DNA of 64,000 nt, taken from Candidatus Salsuginivita brisbanensis. GTDB lineage: Bacteria; Verrucomicrobiota; Verrucomicrobiia; Opitutales; Opitutaceae. Numbering within the stretch: the stretch's first letter is position 1; every line of letters begins with the position of its first letter. The position numbers and the translations under genes are program-made. Positions 26,480-35,459 of this stretch are shown one piece after another. The stretch covers positions 1,700 to 65,699 of the forward strand of contig JAYQOU010000002.1 in assembly GCA_038144975.1 (NCBI GenBank). The letters run 5' to 3'. Under the pieces are notes generated by a model, which saw nothing but the letters and a program-made list of their open reading frames with translations, made no database searches and was not told the origin of the DNA.

Positions 26480-26788
26480 ATGAAACACATTCGACTCACC
26501 CAGTTCTTCATCCTGTCGGCCGCGTTCTCGCTGGCTGCCATCCTACTGACCGGCGCCGCGACGCCGACTCCCGAGGAATCTTCCGACCAGCGGCTCGTTC
26601 GTCAGGCGATGGAGATCCTCGCCAAGTACGACACGAATCGGAACAACCTGCTGGACGACACGGAGGACGCCGTGCTCCAGGCGGACAAGCGCAAGGCGGC
26701 GACCGAGAAGCGCCTCGCCACTATCGCGAGGAAGAAGGCCGAGGCCGAGGCGGCGAACACGCAGGACGCGGCGCCCGGGGGCAAGTAG
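26480..26788 (+). CDS. small secreted hypothetical protein with EF-hand-like acidic loop
   Basis: Signal-peptide-like 'MKHIRLTQFFILSAAFSLAAILLTGAA', then 'YDTNRNNLLDDTED' and a Lys/Ala/Glu-rich tail. Codon third positions match the genome. Confidence 0.5.
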   Translation: MKHIRLTQFFILSAAFSLAAILLTGAATPTPEESSDQRLVRQAMEILAKYDTNRNNLLDDTEDAVLQADKRKAATEKRLATIARKKAEAEAANTQDAAPGGK

Positions 26789-26815
26789 GCGGGCGCTCCC
26801 GCCTCGGGCCGATCC

Positions 26816-27700
26816 TCAGCTCGCAGGGTTTTCCAGTATCCCGCCGCTCCACTTCAGCTTTTTACGGACGATCGCGAAGTGCGAGTGGCCGGGTAGCTGG
26901 ATTAGCCCGATCCGCTGACGGTGGATCGAGATCGCCACAGGCGAATTCCGGTCGAAACCCTTCGCGGCGCGTCCGTCGAGGGCCACGAGCAGCCGGGCGT
27001 TGCGGCTCCGATTGTGGACCCTGAGCTTCACGTTGTGACGGAAGATGATCGACCGGTTCGTCAGCGTATGCGGACAGATCGGAGTCATCGCGATCACCTC
27101 TGCATCCGGATGGATGATCGGCCCGCCGGCGGAAAGATTGTAGGCGGTGGAGCCGGTCGGGGTTGAGAAGATCAATCCGTCGCAGCTGTACTCGGTCACC
27201 AGTTCTCCGTCGGCCTCGACCTCGAGCCGTGCCAGCCGGGAACTCACGGCGTCCTTCACGAGCACGTCGTTGAGTGCGAAGTCGGGCTTTCCCTTGCCGG
27301 GGCTGCAGGCGAGAAGGGAGCGGGTCGTCACCCGGTAGTTGCCGGCGAGCAGGTCAGCGAAGCAAACCCGGGCCTCGTCGGCAGAGAAGGTCGTCAGGAA
27401 TCCGAGTCCCCCTCGGTTCACCCCGATCAGCGGCACTTTCGCGCGAAGCGCTTCCCCGGCGACTCCCAGGAGGGTGCCGTCGCCTCCGATGACGCAGCAG
27501 GCATCTACTCCCTTCAGTGCCCCTGCGGGAATGGGGAAGCGAGAGGTGACGCTGACCCGGGTCCCTGCCTTGCGGGCGATCGATACGAGGTCCCTGGACA
27601 CATCGCGTGCCCCGTCCTTTGCCGCGTTGACCACCAGGGCGAGTCTTCGGATGGGAGGCATCTTGCTGGCGACGGTAGCCCGAAACGTTCCCGAATCCAT
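26816..27700 (-). CDS. nadK: NAD(+) kinase
   Basis: 'GGDGTLLG' and 'NRGGLGFLT' motifs, plus the C-terminal 'STPTGSTAYNLSAGGPI'. The start is either ATG 27700 ('MDSG') or ATG 27661 ('MPPIRRLALVVN'). The listed 338-aa ORF overlaps tlyA and is too long. Confidence 0.88.
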   Translation of the reverse strand: MDSGTFRATVASKMPPIRRLALVVNAAKDGARDVSRDLVSIARKAGTRVSVTSRFPIPAGALKGVDACCVIGGDGTLLGVAGEALRAKVPLIGVNRGGLGFLTTFSADEARVCFADLLAGNYRVTTRSLLACSPGKGKPDFALNDVLVKDAVSSRLARLEVEADGELVTEYSCDGLIFSTPTGSTAYNLSAGGPIIHPDAEVIAMTPICPHTLTNRSIIFRHNVKLRVHNRSRNARLLVALDGRAAKGFDRNSPVAISIHRQRIGLIQLPGHSHFAIVRKKLKWSGGILENPAS

Positions 27701-27728
27701 GAAATACTGCCGCAAGCGATCCGATGTT

Positions 27729-28481
27729 TCAGGCTTGTTTCCGGTATCCCAGCAGGAACTCCCGGTTGCCGTCGGCCCCGGTGATCGGAGACTCCATGGA
27801 ACCCGCGGGTTCGGCGCCCGGCAGTTCGGCACGCACGAAGGCGGCGATGTCGTCGAGGACGGCCTGATGCACGGCTGGGTCGCGGATCACGCCGCGACCG
27901 CGGTCTACGATCTCCTTGCCTGCCTCGAACTGCGGCTTCACCAGCGCGACGAGTAACCCGCCCGGCCGAAGAAACGGCCAGACAGCCGGCAGGACGGCCC
28001 GCAGGGAGATGAATGACAGGTCCATGACGACCGCGTCGAACGCGTCGCGCGGCAGGTCGCCGGGCTTAAGGTTGCGCGCGTTGACCTTCTCGAGGTTAGT
28101 CACCCTCGGGTCGGCGCGAAGCTTCGAGTGAAGCTGGGCCCTGCCGACGTCGACGCAGACAACGCTGGCCGCACCGGCCTGCAGCACGCAGTCGGTGAAA
28201 CCTCCGGTCGAGGCGCCGACGTCCAGCACATGTGCCCCGCTGAGATCGACGGGAAACCGCTCTAGATAACCAGCGAGCTTCTCGCCCCCGCGGCTCACGA
28301 AGCGCGGAGGTTCCTCGAGTCGCAAGTCGATGCCGACTTCGTATCGGTGACCGGGTTTCTCAAGGCGTTCCGTTCCCTTCCAGACCTTGCCAGCCAGTAT
28401 CAGGGCCTGGGCCTGCGTGCGATTCTTCGCGAGCCCCCGCGCGACGAGGATCTCGTCGAGCCGCTGGCGATCGACACTCAT
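27729..28481 (-). CDS. tlyA: TlyA family rRNA (cytidine-2'-O)-methyltransferase
   Basis: N-terminal S4 domain '[27 protein letters not shown]' followed by an FtsJ-like methyltransferase with '[13 protein letters not shown]'. Confidence 0.9.
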   Translation of the reverse strand: MSVDRQRLDEILVARGLAKNRTQAQALILAGKVWKGTERLEKPGHRYEVGIDLRLEEPPRFVSRGGEKLAGYLERFPVDLSGAHVLDVGASTGGFTDCVLQAGAASVVCVDVGRAQLHSKLRADPRVTNLEKVNARNLKPGDLPRDAFDAVVMDLSFISLRAVLPAVWPFLRPGGLLVALVKPQFEAGKEIVDRGRGVIRDPAVHQAVLDDIAAFVRAELPGAEPAGSMESPITGADGNREFLLGYRKQA

Positions 28482-28551
28482 TGGTAGTTGATGACTTGCT
28501 CTGGAAGAATGGCGTAAATGTCGCGCCCGTTGGAGAATGGCAGTCGACGAA

Positions 28552-29082
28552 TCATTCCAGTGTCGTGGCGAAGAGTCCCAGGTTGTCGTAGACGGGGATC
28601 CGTGCCGCCTGGACCTCGGGCAGTGTGGATGGGTTGGCTTTCCCGGTGCGGACGGAGGCGACGCGCACCTTGGCGCCGAGGCCGGCCCCGATGTCTGCTG
28701 CGGAATCGCCGACCATCCAGCATTTCGCGGGGTCGAGCCGATGCTTGGCGATCATCTCGAGTATGAACCGGGGCGAGGGCTTCCGGTAAACGACGGGCTG
28801 GTCGGGTGCCTCGGGAGCGATGCAGGTCTCGGTGAAGACCGGACGCGGCAGCCCGATCAGGTCCTCCATGCGCTCATTAACCTTCAGCGTGTCGTCGAGC
28901 GTGTGGTAGCCCCGCCCGATTCCGGATTGGTTCGTGAACAGGAACAGCAGGTAGCCGCGGGCCTTCGCCAGGCAGAGGCCGTCGGCAACGCCGGGCAGCA
29001 GCTCCACCCCCGCGGGATCAGCGAGGTACACCCGGTCGTGGATCAGGGTGCCGTCGCGATCCAGGAACAGGGCCTTTGACAT
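28552..29082 (-). CDS. gmhB: D-glycero-beta-D-manno-heptose-1,7-bisphosphate 7-phosphatase (HAD-IIIA)
   Basis: '[11 protein letters not shown]' DxD motif, '[11 protein letters not shown]' and 'MVGDSAADI'. Adjacent to the heptose kinase gene. Confidence 0.85.
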   Translation of the reverse strand: MSKALFLDRDGTLIHDRVYLADPAGVELLPGVADGLCLAKARGYLLFLFTNQSGIGRGYHTLDDTLKVNERMEDLIGLPRPVFTETCIAPEAPDQPVVYRKPSPRFILEMIAKHRLDPAKCWMVGDSAADIGAGLGAKVRVASVRTGKANPSTLPEVQAARIPVYDNLGLFATTLE

Positions 29083-29131
29083 TGGAGATTCCTGGGGCAG
29101 TGGCGGGACGCCGTCGCGCGGAAGGCGGGCG

Positions 29132-30118
29132 TCAGCGTCGGCTGACGTAACGGATCAGTTCGGTCGGGGTGACTCCAGCGGTGCCGACCTTGGCGACGAC
29201 GACACCCGCGGCGGCGTTGGCGAAGTGCGCGGCGGTCACGAGGTCCGCTCCGGCGGCGAGGGCCAGGACCAGCCCGGCGATCGAGGTGTCCCCAGCGCCG
29301 GAGACGTCCGAGACCTCCCGTGCGGCCGTGGGTATCTGCTTGAGGACCTTTCCCTCGCGGCCCAGCAGCATTCCCTGTTCGCTGAGCGTGATGACGAGGT
29401 TGCGCGGACTATAGCGTTCGTTAATGCGCCGGCAGATCTCGGCTGCGGGAAACGGCTCGTGGGGATTCAGCTCGAGCCCGGCGAGCTCGGCCGCCTCCCG
29501 TCGGTTGGGAGTCAGGAGGTCGAGATCGCGAAACCGAAGCGCGTTCCTCGGCTTCGGATCGAGTGCCACCAGCTTTCCAAACTTCCTGGCAATTGCAGTG
29601 ACCCGGGCGACGAGTTCGTCGTTCAGCAGGCCCTTGGCGTAGTCTGAGAGTATGACCGCATCCGCCCTGCGAATGGCGGGCCCCAGGAGCGACTCGATGG
29701 TCGCGGCCGGAATCCGGTAGGCCGATGGCGGCGATTCGCGGTCCAGACGGCAAAGCTGCTGCTGCTGAACGAGGACACGTGTCTTGACGATAGTCGAGCC
29801 GCGGCCGGGAGTCGGCAGCGTAGAGATGCCGCCGTCCTCGAGGATTCGCGACAGACGGCGTCCGGCATCGTCGCGGCCGAGACGTCCGGCGACCTCGGCC
29901 CGGGCACCGAGCAACGCGAGGTTGAGTCCCACGTTTCCGGCGCCTCCGGGCGAGTAGGTGTCGCGTGCGATCTCGACGACGGGGACCGGGGCCTCGGGAG
30001 AGATTCGCGTGGCGTCACCCCAGACATAGTGGTCGAGCATCACGTCGCCGATGACGAGAATGCGCAGTCGGGAGATCTTGCGGAGCAACGTGCGCGTTTG
30101 GGCAGACGTGATGGCCAT
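29132..30118 (-). CDS. D-glycero-beta-D-manno-heptose-7-phosphate kinase (RfaE/HldE domain I, PfkB family)
   Basis: 'ILVIGDVMLDHYVWG...RISPEAPVPVV' and the C-terminal PfkB motif 'DVSGAGDTSIAGL'. There is no adenylyltransferase domain. Confidence 0.85.
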   Translation of the reverse strand: MAITSAQTRTLLRKISRLRILVIGDVMLDHYVWGDATRISPEAPVPVVEIARDTYSPGGAGNVGLNLALLGARAEVAGRLGRDDAGRRLSRILEDGGISTLPTPGRGSTIVKTRVLVQQQQLCRLDRESPPSAYRIPAATIESLLGPAIRRADAVILSDYAKGLLNDELVARVTAIARKFGKLVALDPKPRNALRFRDLDLLTPNRREAAELAGLELNPHEPFPAAEICRRINERYSPRNLVITLSEQGMLLGREGKVLKQIPTAAREVSDVSGAGDTSIAGLVLALAAGADLVTAAHFANAAAGVVVAKVGTAGVTPTELIRYVSRR

Positions 30119-30168
30119 GGGAGAGAAGATTCAGCAGCTCGCCGGGGATCGGCAACGCATTATGCGAG

Positions 30169-31311
30169 CTATAGTTCCCAGCTATAGGGATAGCTCGACA
30201 GCAGGCGGGGCCGGCGGTCCGTGACCTGGACGACATCCTCGATGCGGCAACCGCCAAGCCCCGGGTAGTAGAGTCCCGGTTCGACCGTTACCACGGTGCC
30301 GCGCCTGAGGATCTCGTCGGCGGCCGAGACACGGGGAGGCTCGTGGATGTCGAGGCCGAGGCCGTGGCCTGTGCCATGGAAGAACCCGACGGAGCCCCGG
30401 GAACTCCTCCGGGTTTCATACCCGCGCTTCGAAAACTCGCTCGTGACGAGTGCGTGGACTTCCATGCCGTTGACGTCCGCGCGGATCGCGCCGAGCGCAG
30501 CGAGCTGCGCCTCGCGCACTGCCGAGACGAGCTTTTGTTGGGCGTCGCTCGCTGTCCCGCGGAGAAACGTCCGCGTCATGTCGCCGTGGTACCCCGTGGC
30601 AATCACGCGCGGAAACACATCGACGACGATAAGCTCGTTCGGACGCAGAGGCCCGTGTCCAGTCTCGTGCGGGTCGCAACCCTGGTCGCCGCCGGCTACG
30701 ATCGTGTGCACCGATACGGCACCGGCCTCGAGGCAGGCGACCTCGATGGCAAACTTGAGACGTTCGCTCGTGAGTGGCTTTCCCCGGTGGATGAGGGAGC
30801 GCCCGCGGATGCGCGCGGCCCTCAGGAGGCGCTCGGCGGCGGCGATCCCGATCGCGCTGCATCGGTTTCCCTCTCGAATGGCCTCGACCTCGGCCCTGGT
30901 CTTGATGGCACGCTCCGGAAACAGGGGCCCCTCGGCGACCTCGAGTCGCACGCCGAGGGCCCGGGCCCGGTCGAGCACGAGGGCGGGAAATTCCGAAGGC
31001 ACGCGGAATACCGGCTGGCGGAACTCGCGTGCGAGCAGGGCGATGATTTCTGCCGCTCCGGGCCGCCTGCGGGGCCAGGTCTTGCGCGCACGCTCGATAT
31101 ACCGCTCGAGGGGAAGCACGCGGTCGAAGGACGACTCCCTGCGCACCCGGCCGAACTCGAGGGCGTTGACGACCGCCACCCGGCGCCCGCGGACGGAGAA
31201 GGCCGTGAATGGGTCGGGAACGGTAACTCCGCCAAAATAAAGCATGTCCGCGCTCGTGCCGGTGCTGGCATGGAGCAGGGAAGGCGCGGGCTTTTTCCTG
31301 GAGGCGGTCAC
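30169..31311 (-). CDS. M24 family Xaa-Pro aminopeptidase
   Basis: Creatinase_N-like N-terminus and M24B metal ligands ('VVDVFP...YHGDMTRTF', 'HGTGHGLGLDIHEPP', 'VTVEPGLY', 'GGCRIED'). The start is tentatively GTG 31311; ATG 31245 is an alternative. The listed ORF extends to 31590. Confidence 0.85.
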   Translation of the reverse strand: MTASRKKPAPSLLHASTGTSADMLYFGGVTVPDPFTAFSVRGRRVAVVNALEFGRVRRESSFDRVLPLERYIERARKTWPRRRPGAAEIIALLAREFRQPVFRVPSEFPALVLDRARALGVRLEVAEGPLFPERAIKTRAEVEAIREGNRCSAIGIAAAERLLRAARIRGRSLIHRGKPLTSERLKFAIEVACLEAGAVSVHTIVAGGDQGCDPHETGHGPLRPNELIVVDVFPRVIATGYHGDMTRTFLRGTASDAQQKLVSAVREAQLAALGAIRADVNGMEVHALVTSEFSKRGYETRRSSRGSVGFFHGTGHGLGLDIHEPPRVSAADEILRRGTVVTVEPGLYYPGLGGCRIEDVVQVTDRRPRLLSSYPYSWEL

Positions 31312-31354
31312 GCGGGGATTGTCTTCGTCGCTTTGGCGATTAGCCACAGAGGCA

Positions 31355-31900
31355 GTGAAAAACGCAAATCCGGTTTCACTGCTGATCCTGGCGCTCACCG
31401 TGGCGCTGGCCGGCTGCGACGCGCAGACCGCCCCGGTCGCCCCGCCGTCGGCAGTCGCGCCGAAGACGGTCGCGGACTGGTTCACGTTCACCGTCGGCGG
31501 CCGTACCGTGCGTGCCCAGGTGGCCGTGTATGACGCCGAGATGCAACGGGGACTCATGGAACGGCGCGACCTCGGGCCCGACGAGGGCATGCTCTTCGTC
31601 TACCGCGTGCCGCAGGCGGTCAGCTTCTGGATGCGCAACACCCCGACGCCGCTGGATATCGCCTACTTCACGAACGACGGGGTCATGGCCGAAGTCTACG
31701 CAGCATTCCCGTTCGACGAGACCTCAATCCCATCGCGGAGCACCCGGGTGCAGTTCGTGCTCGAAATGCACCAAGGCTGGTACCAGCGAAACGGGCTGGC
31801 CCCGGGCGCGCGTCTCGGCCTTGGGGAGATCGCGGCCGCGCTGGAGGCGAGGGGGTTCAACGCCGAGGCCTACGGACTCGCGGCGGCGGGGAAACGCTGA
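31355..31900 (+). CDS. DUF192 domain lipoprotein
   Basis: The GTG at 31355 gives the lipobox 'VKNANPVSLLILALTVALAGC'. The core 'MQRGLMERRDLGPDEGMLFVY...FWMRNTPTPLDIAYF' is typical of DUF192. Confidence 0.8.
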   Translation: MKNANPVSLLILALTVALAGCDAQTAPVAPPSAVAPKTVADWFTFTVGGRTVRAQVAVYDAEMQRGLMERRDLGPDEGMLFVYRVPQAVSFWMRNTPTPLDIAYFTNDGVMAEVYAAFPFDETSIPSRSTRVQFVLEMHQGWYQRNGLAPGARLGLGEIAAALEARGFNAEAYGLAAAGKR

Positions 31901-32006
31901 TCGAGCTGTCCGGACGGCGCGGAACGCGTTGAAGACCGATCGCGGAAGCGCTGAAGGGCTGAAACGCGGAATTCATTATTGGGAAGTGAACAGAAGATCG
32001 GGTAGT

Positions 32007-32139
32007 GGGTCATTTTGCCGTGCATTGCGGTCGCCGAGCGCATTGGAGGGACCGCCTCCCGGCGTTCCGCCGGGATCGGACGCGCGGGAGCCCCTCGACA
32101 AGCTCGGGACCGGCGCGTCCCTCCACGGCAAACTGACCC
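32007..32139. other. 133-nt nested inverted-repeat element (candidate structured RNA or palindromic DNA element)
   Basis: 'gggtcattttgccgtg' (32007-32022) pairs with 'cacggcaaactgaccc' (32124-32139) with one mismatch. 'ggagggac' (32045-32052) pairs with 'gtccctcc' (32117-32124). An inner hairpin is 'cccggcgttccgccggg' (32058-32074). It lies in a 326-nt spacer between convergent genes. Confidence 0.35.
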
Positions 32140-32226
32140 AGTTCATAAGATCGTTTCCGCGCCTCCGCCCTTTCGCGATTTCGCGATCGGCTCGGACGGA
32201 CCGCTGACCACCCCGCGCTTTCGCGG

Positions 32227-32664
32227 TCAGTCCTTCGGGATCTGATTGTCCGTTACGACAATCAGCACGGGTTCGCGGGTTTTCACCCACAGATCGGCTT
32301 CGCGGTAGAACTTCGCCGGCACGTGCTCGATCGCCTCGCCGACAGTCTTTGCCGGAAGCAGGCGCCCCTTCTTCGAGGCATTGAAATCATAGGCTCCCCG
32401 GTGCACGCGTTCGAGGACCGATGCGGGCCGTTCCGAGTCGGGAATCTGGAGCACCCAGCCCACGAGGTCGTCCTTGGGCATGACGCCATTAGGGTCGCTG
32501 ACGAGGATGACGTGCTGCTTCTTGACCGGCGGCGGCTTGTCCTCCTCGCCGGGGTCGGGCTGCACCGCGAGGTTCATCTCCTCGATGACCCGCCGCAGGA
32601 CCGCGGGGTCGACTTTGTTCTTCTGAAGGATTTCCGCGACTTTGCTGAGTTCGATCTTGGGCAT
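32227..32664 (-). CDS. hypothetical protein (145 aa, no family recognised)
   Basis: The ATG at complement 32662-32664 gives 'MPKIELSKVAEILQKNKVDPAVLRRVIEEM...'. Third-codon positions are strongly G+C-biased like bona fide genes. There are no TM segments. Confidence 0.55.
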   Translation of the reverse strand: MPKIELSKVAEILQKNKVDPAVLRRVIEEMNLAVQPDPGEEDKPPPVKKQHVILVSDPNGVMPKDDLVGWVLQIPDSERPASVLERVHRGAYDFNASKKGRLLPAKTVGEAIEHVPAKFYREADLWVKTREPVLIVVTDNQIPKD

Positions 32665-32791
32665 GTAAGGGGGAGACGAAATCCGCGAATTTTTGGGAAT
32701 CCGAGCCAAAGTTGTTCGCAAACCGCGCACACTGCCTGCCTACGGCTCAGAGCGGCTCGACTCCGCCACCCCGTCTGTCCTTCTTGGACCC

Positions 32792-33334
32792 GTGAGCAAT
32801 ACGGACGGCGAGATCTTCGACGTGGTTGATGAGCGGGATGCGGTCATCGGGCAGGCCTCGCGCCGGGAGGTGCATGCCCGGGGGCTGCGTCATCGCGCCG
32901 TGCATGTCCTGGTCTTCGACCGGAAAGGCAGGCTCTTCCTGCAGCAGCGCTCGATGCTCAAGGACTCCTCGCCCGGACTCTGGGACTCCTCCTGCTCGGG
33001 CCACGTCGATTCGGGCGAGGCCTACGATGCGGCGGCGGTTCGCGAGCTGGTGGAGGAGATCGGCCTTCGAACGCCGACGCCGCCCGTCCGCTGGTTCCGC
33101 ATCGAGGCCTGCGCCGACACCGGCAACGAATTCGTCTGGGTCTACCGTCTCGAATCCGAGGGACCGTTTGTGCTCAATCCGCACGAGATCGACCGGGGCG
33201 TCTGGTTCGATCCCGCGGAACTCACGGCAAAGATCGAGGCCGAACCGCGCGCGTTTGCCCGACCGTTCCGACTCGTCTGGAAACTCGTGGGCCGGCAGCC
33301 GCCGACACCTACTGGCGTTCGCAGAGGGCCTTGA
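32792..33334 (+). CDS. NUDIX hydrolase
   Basis: Nudix box 'GHVDSGEAYDAAAVRELVEEIGL', preceded by 'RHRAVHVLVFDRKGRLFLQQRS', similar to Idi-like NUDIX proteins. The start is tentatively GTG 32792. Confidence 0.85.
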   Translation: MSNTDGEIFDVVDERDAVIGQASRREVHARGLRHRAVHVLVFDRKGRLFLQQRSMLKDSSPGLWDSSCSGHVDSGEAYDAAAVRELVEEIGLRTPTPPVRWFRIEACADTGNEFVWVYRLESEGPFVLNPHEIDRGVWFDPAELTAKIEAEPRAFARPFRLVWKLVGRQPPTPTGVRRGP

Positions 33335-33554
33335 GCTGCTCGAACTGTCGGGGCGACATCAGTCGGCGGGGCATACGCTTCTCAGCCTCCTGGAGCAGCT
33401 GATCCCAGTCGTCCTCCGACGGTGCATGCTTCCCCCACGGCTGGTGATGCCCCTGCTTGCGCTCCCAGTCGACGTTTCCCCCATGGAAAGTCGCCCGCAC
33501 CTGGAACTTTCCCTCCTCGGGATCCTTGCGCCACCAGCCGAACTCCATGCCCAT
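33309..33554 (-). CDS. small hypothetical protein (81 aa)
   Basis: 'MGMEFGWWRKDPEEGKFQVRATFHGGNVDWERKQGHHQPW...QFEQLKALCERQ'. G+C-rich third positions argue for real coding. Its 3' end overlaps the NUDIX gene's 3' end by 26 nt (convergent). Confidence 0.45.
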   Translation of the reverse strand: MGMEFGWWRKDPEEGKFQVRATFHGGNVDWERKQGHHQPWGKHAPSEDDWDQLLQEAEKRMPRRLMSPRQFEQLKALCERQ

Positions 33555-33666
33555 GGGCGTCGGTTGTGGGCAATCGCCGCCGCGTCGCCAGCGCAAAGTG
33601 ATCAGCCCGACTGGCCGTTCGGGCTCCCGGCTTGCATGGGGCGCCGGGGACAGATGACCCTGCGCG

Positions 33667-34161
33667 ATGGCCTACATCGGAAATGCCGGGGAAATTGCGG
33701 AACGTCTCGGCTCCATTCCGGGAGTCGTCGATGCGCTCGCCTTTGTTGCCCAATGCCGCAGGTCGAGCACGCCGAACGCGGCCCGCCTCGCCGCCTTGGC
33801 GGAGGGAGGATCGGAGCGCGTCGAGTTGGCGGGAGGCTGCCATGCCATGCTGATGGCATACCGGACGCGCGACCGTGACGCGGGCCGGTTCGAGACGCAC
33901 GTACGCTTCATCGATGTCCAGGCGATCGTTTCAGGCGCGGAATGCATGGCGCTGGAGGACCGTGCCGGGCTCGAGGTCGTCGAGGACTGCAGTGCCGAGC
34001 GCGATGCGATCTTTTACCGCGACAGGGACGGCGGCTCAATGCTGCGCCTGGACGAATCCAACATCGCGGTCTTCTTTCCGGCCGATGCTCATCTCGGCGG
34101 AATCGCAGCGGATGCTCCAGTCCTGATTCGCAAGGTGGTGGTGAAGGTGCCGGTCGCGTGA
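33667..34161 (+). CDS. YhcH/YjgK/YiaL (DUF386, EbgC-like) family protein
   Basis: 'YRTRDRDAGRFETHVRFIDVQAIVSGAE' and 'NIAVFFPADAH' match the cupin-like DUF386 pattern (H..yiDiq....G.E; ffP.D.H). Confidence 0.75.
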   Translation: MAYIGNAGEIAERLGSIPGVVDALAFVAQCRRSSTPNAARLAALAEGGSERVELAGGCHAMLMAYRTRDRDAGRFETHVRFIDVQAIVSGAECMALEDRAGLEVVEDCSAERDAIFYRDRDGGSMLRLDESNIAVFFPADAHLGGIAADAPVLIRKVVVKVPVA

Positions 34162-35024
34162 ACTACCGGCATCATTTTCACGCCGGCAACTTTGCCGACG
34201 TGTTCAAGCACCTGTTGCTCGTGCAGCTCTTCCGGGCGATGCAGAGGAAGGAAACGGGATTCCTGTATCTCGACACGCATGCGGGGAGGGGAGGTTACGA
34301 CCTTGATGAGGCATCGGTCGGATCGCGACTCGAACGACAGCCCGAGCATCCGGACGGAATCGGCCGCCTTGAGAAGGCCTCCGAACTCGCCGATCAGTCC
34401 GCCGACTATCTCTCGATCGTTCGCGCCTATGATCGTGCGCGGGGAAACCTCGCGCCCGGGATCCGATTCTATCCCGGGTCACCCGAGCTGGCGCGAGCCA
34501 TGGCCCGATCCCAGGATCGACTCGTTTTCTGCGAGAAGCATCCCGAGGACCTCGATGCCCTGCGTAACACCTTCGAGCGTAAGCGAGGAATCTCAGTTCA
34601 GGATCTCGACGGATACACAGCACCCCGGGCAATGCTGCCGCCTCCGGAAAAGCGGGCGCTGGTGCTGATCGATCCGCCCTTCGAGGCGCAGACCGAGTGG
34701 GAGGATTGCGTACAGGCTGTTGGCGAGGCGCTCCGCCGTCTGCCGGCAGCAGTCGTGGCGCTCTGGTATCCGCTGACCGACCGTGCCCGAGCGGATGCAC
34801 TGCTCACCGCGATCCGAACCTCGCGTCCAGGCCCGGCGCTCCTGTTTGAACTGACCATCGCGGGACCGGCTTCCGGTATTCGCATGCGCGGCTGCGGCCT
34901 GCTGGTGGTCAATCCGCCGTGGCGCTTGGAGGAAGGGGTCCGGGCGGCGATTCAAGAGCTACCAGGGCTCCTTGGACGCGATTCCGGGGCCAGTGCGCAC
35001 ACGGAATGGCTCATCCCGGAATGA
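34158..35024 (+). CDS. rlmJ: 23S rRNA (adenine2030-N6)-methyltransferase
   Basis: 'NYRHHFHAGNFADVFKHLLL', 'YLDTHAGRGGYDL' and 'VLIDPPFE' are RlmJ hallmarks. The GTG at 34158 overlaps the upstream stop codon as GTGA. Confidence 0.9.
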   Translation: MNYRHHFHAGNFADVFKHLLLVQLFRAMQRKETGFLYLDTHAGRGGYDLDEASVGSRLERQPEHPDGIGRLEKASELADQSADYLSIVRAYDRARGNLAPGIRFYPGSPELARAMARSQDRLVFCEKHPEDLDALRNTFERKRGISVQDLDGYTAPRAMLPPPEKRALVLIDPPFEAQTEWEDCVQAVGEALRRLPAAVVALWYPLTDRARADALLTAIRTSRPGPALLFELTIAGPASGIRMRGCGLLVVNPPWRLEEGVRAAIQELPGLLGRDSGASAHTEWLIPE

Positions 35025-35060
35025 AGTGAGTCGCGGGGGTGCATCCGGAGCCGGTCACGA

Positions 35061-35087
35061 AAAAGCCGGGGCGAATTCCCCGGCTTT
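35061..35087. terminator. bidirectional intrinsic terminator hairpin
   Basis: 'aaaaGCCGGGGcgaattCCCCGGCttt' has a 7-bp G+C stem flanked by an A-run and a T-run. It lies between the convergent rlmJ and the 35118-35354 ORF. Confidence 0.6.
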
Positions 35088-35117
35088 GGGTTCTCTTCAG
35101 GCTGCGTCAGCGCCCGA

Positions 35118-35354
35118 TCAGCGCTTCTCGGGAGTCCGGTTGACCCGGTTGATCTCGTCGAGGAACGACTGGATGTTCTTGTATACGGGCGGCTTAACCT
35201 TGAGGGGAGGAGCCTTGAACACCGGCCGATTCCACTGAACGTCCGTGTGCACAAGCGAATGAGGCGGCTCCGGAACCGGATCCGTATTCGAGTGGGCAAA
35301 TGGATTGGGAATCAACACGTAGGGAGTGACGCTCAGTTTTGTTAAAAGTTCCAA
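35118..35354 (-). CDS. small hypothetical Pro-rich protein (78 aa or shorter)
   Basis: The C-terminal two-thirds have G+C-rich third positions ('...RPVFKAPPLKVKPPVYKNIQSFLDEINRVNRTPEKR'). An A/T-rich region lies upstream and a terminator downstream. The start is uncertain: TTG 35354, or GTG 12 codons in. Confidence 0.4.
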   Translation of the reverse strand: MELLTKLSVTPYVLIPNPFAHSNTDPVPEPPHSLVHTDVQWNRPVFKAPPLKVKPPVYKNIQSFLDEINRVNRTPEKR

Positions 35355-35409
35355 CTTTTTTTGAACGTTTTTGTGTATTCATGGGGACAATTCACGTGCC
35401 CGTGACACA

Positions 35410-35438
35410 AAAAAGGCGGCAGCCCGGGGGCTGCCGCC
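35410..35438 (-). terminator. intrinsic terminator downstream of the MFS transporter gene
   Basis: On the minus strand: 'GGCGGCAGCCcccgGGCTGCCGCC' followed by 'TTTTTTGTG'. It starts 21 nt after the transporter stop codon. Confidence 0.75.
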
Positions 35439-35459
35439 TTTGAGATTGTTGGGAGTCGA

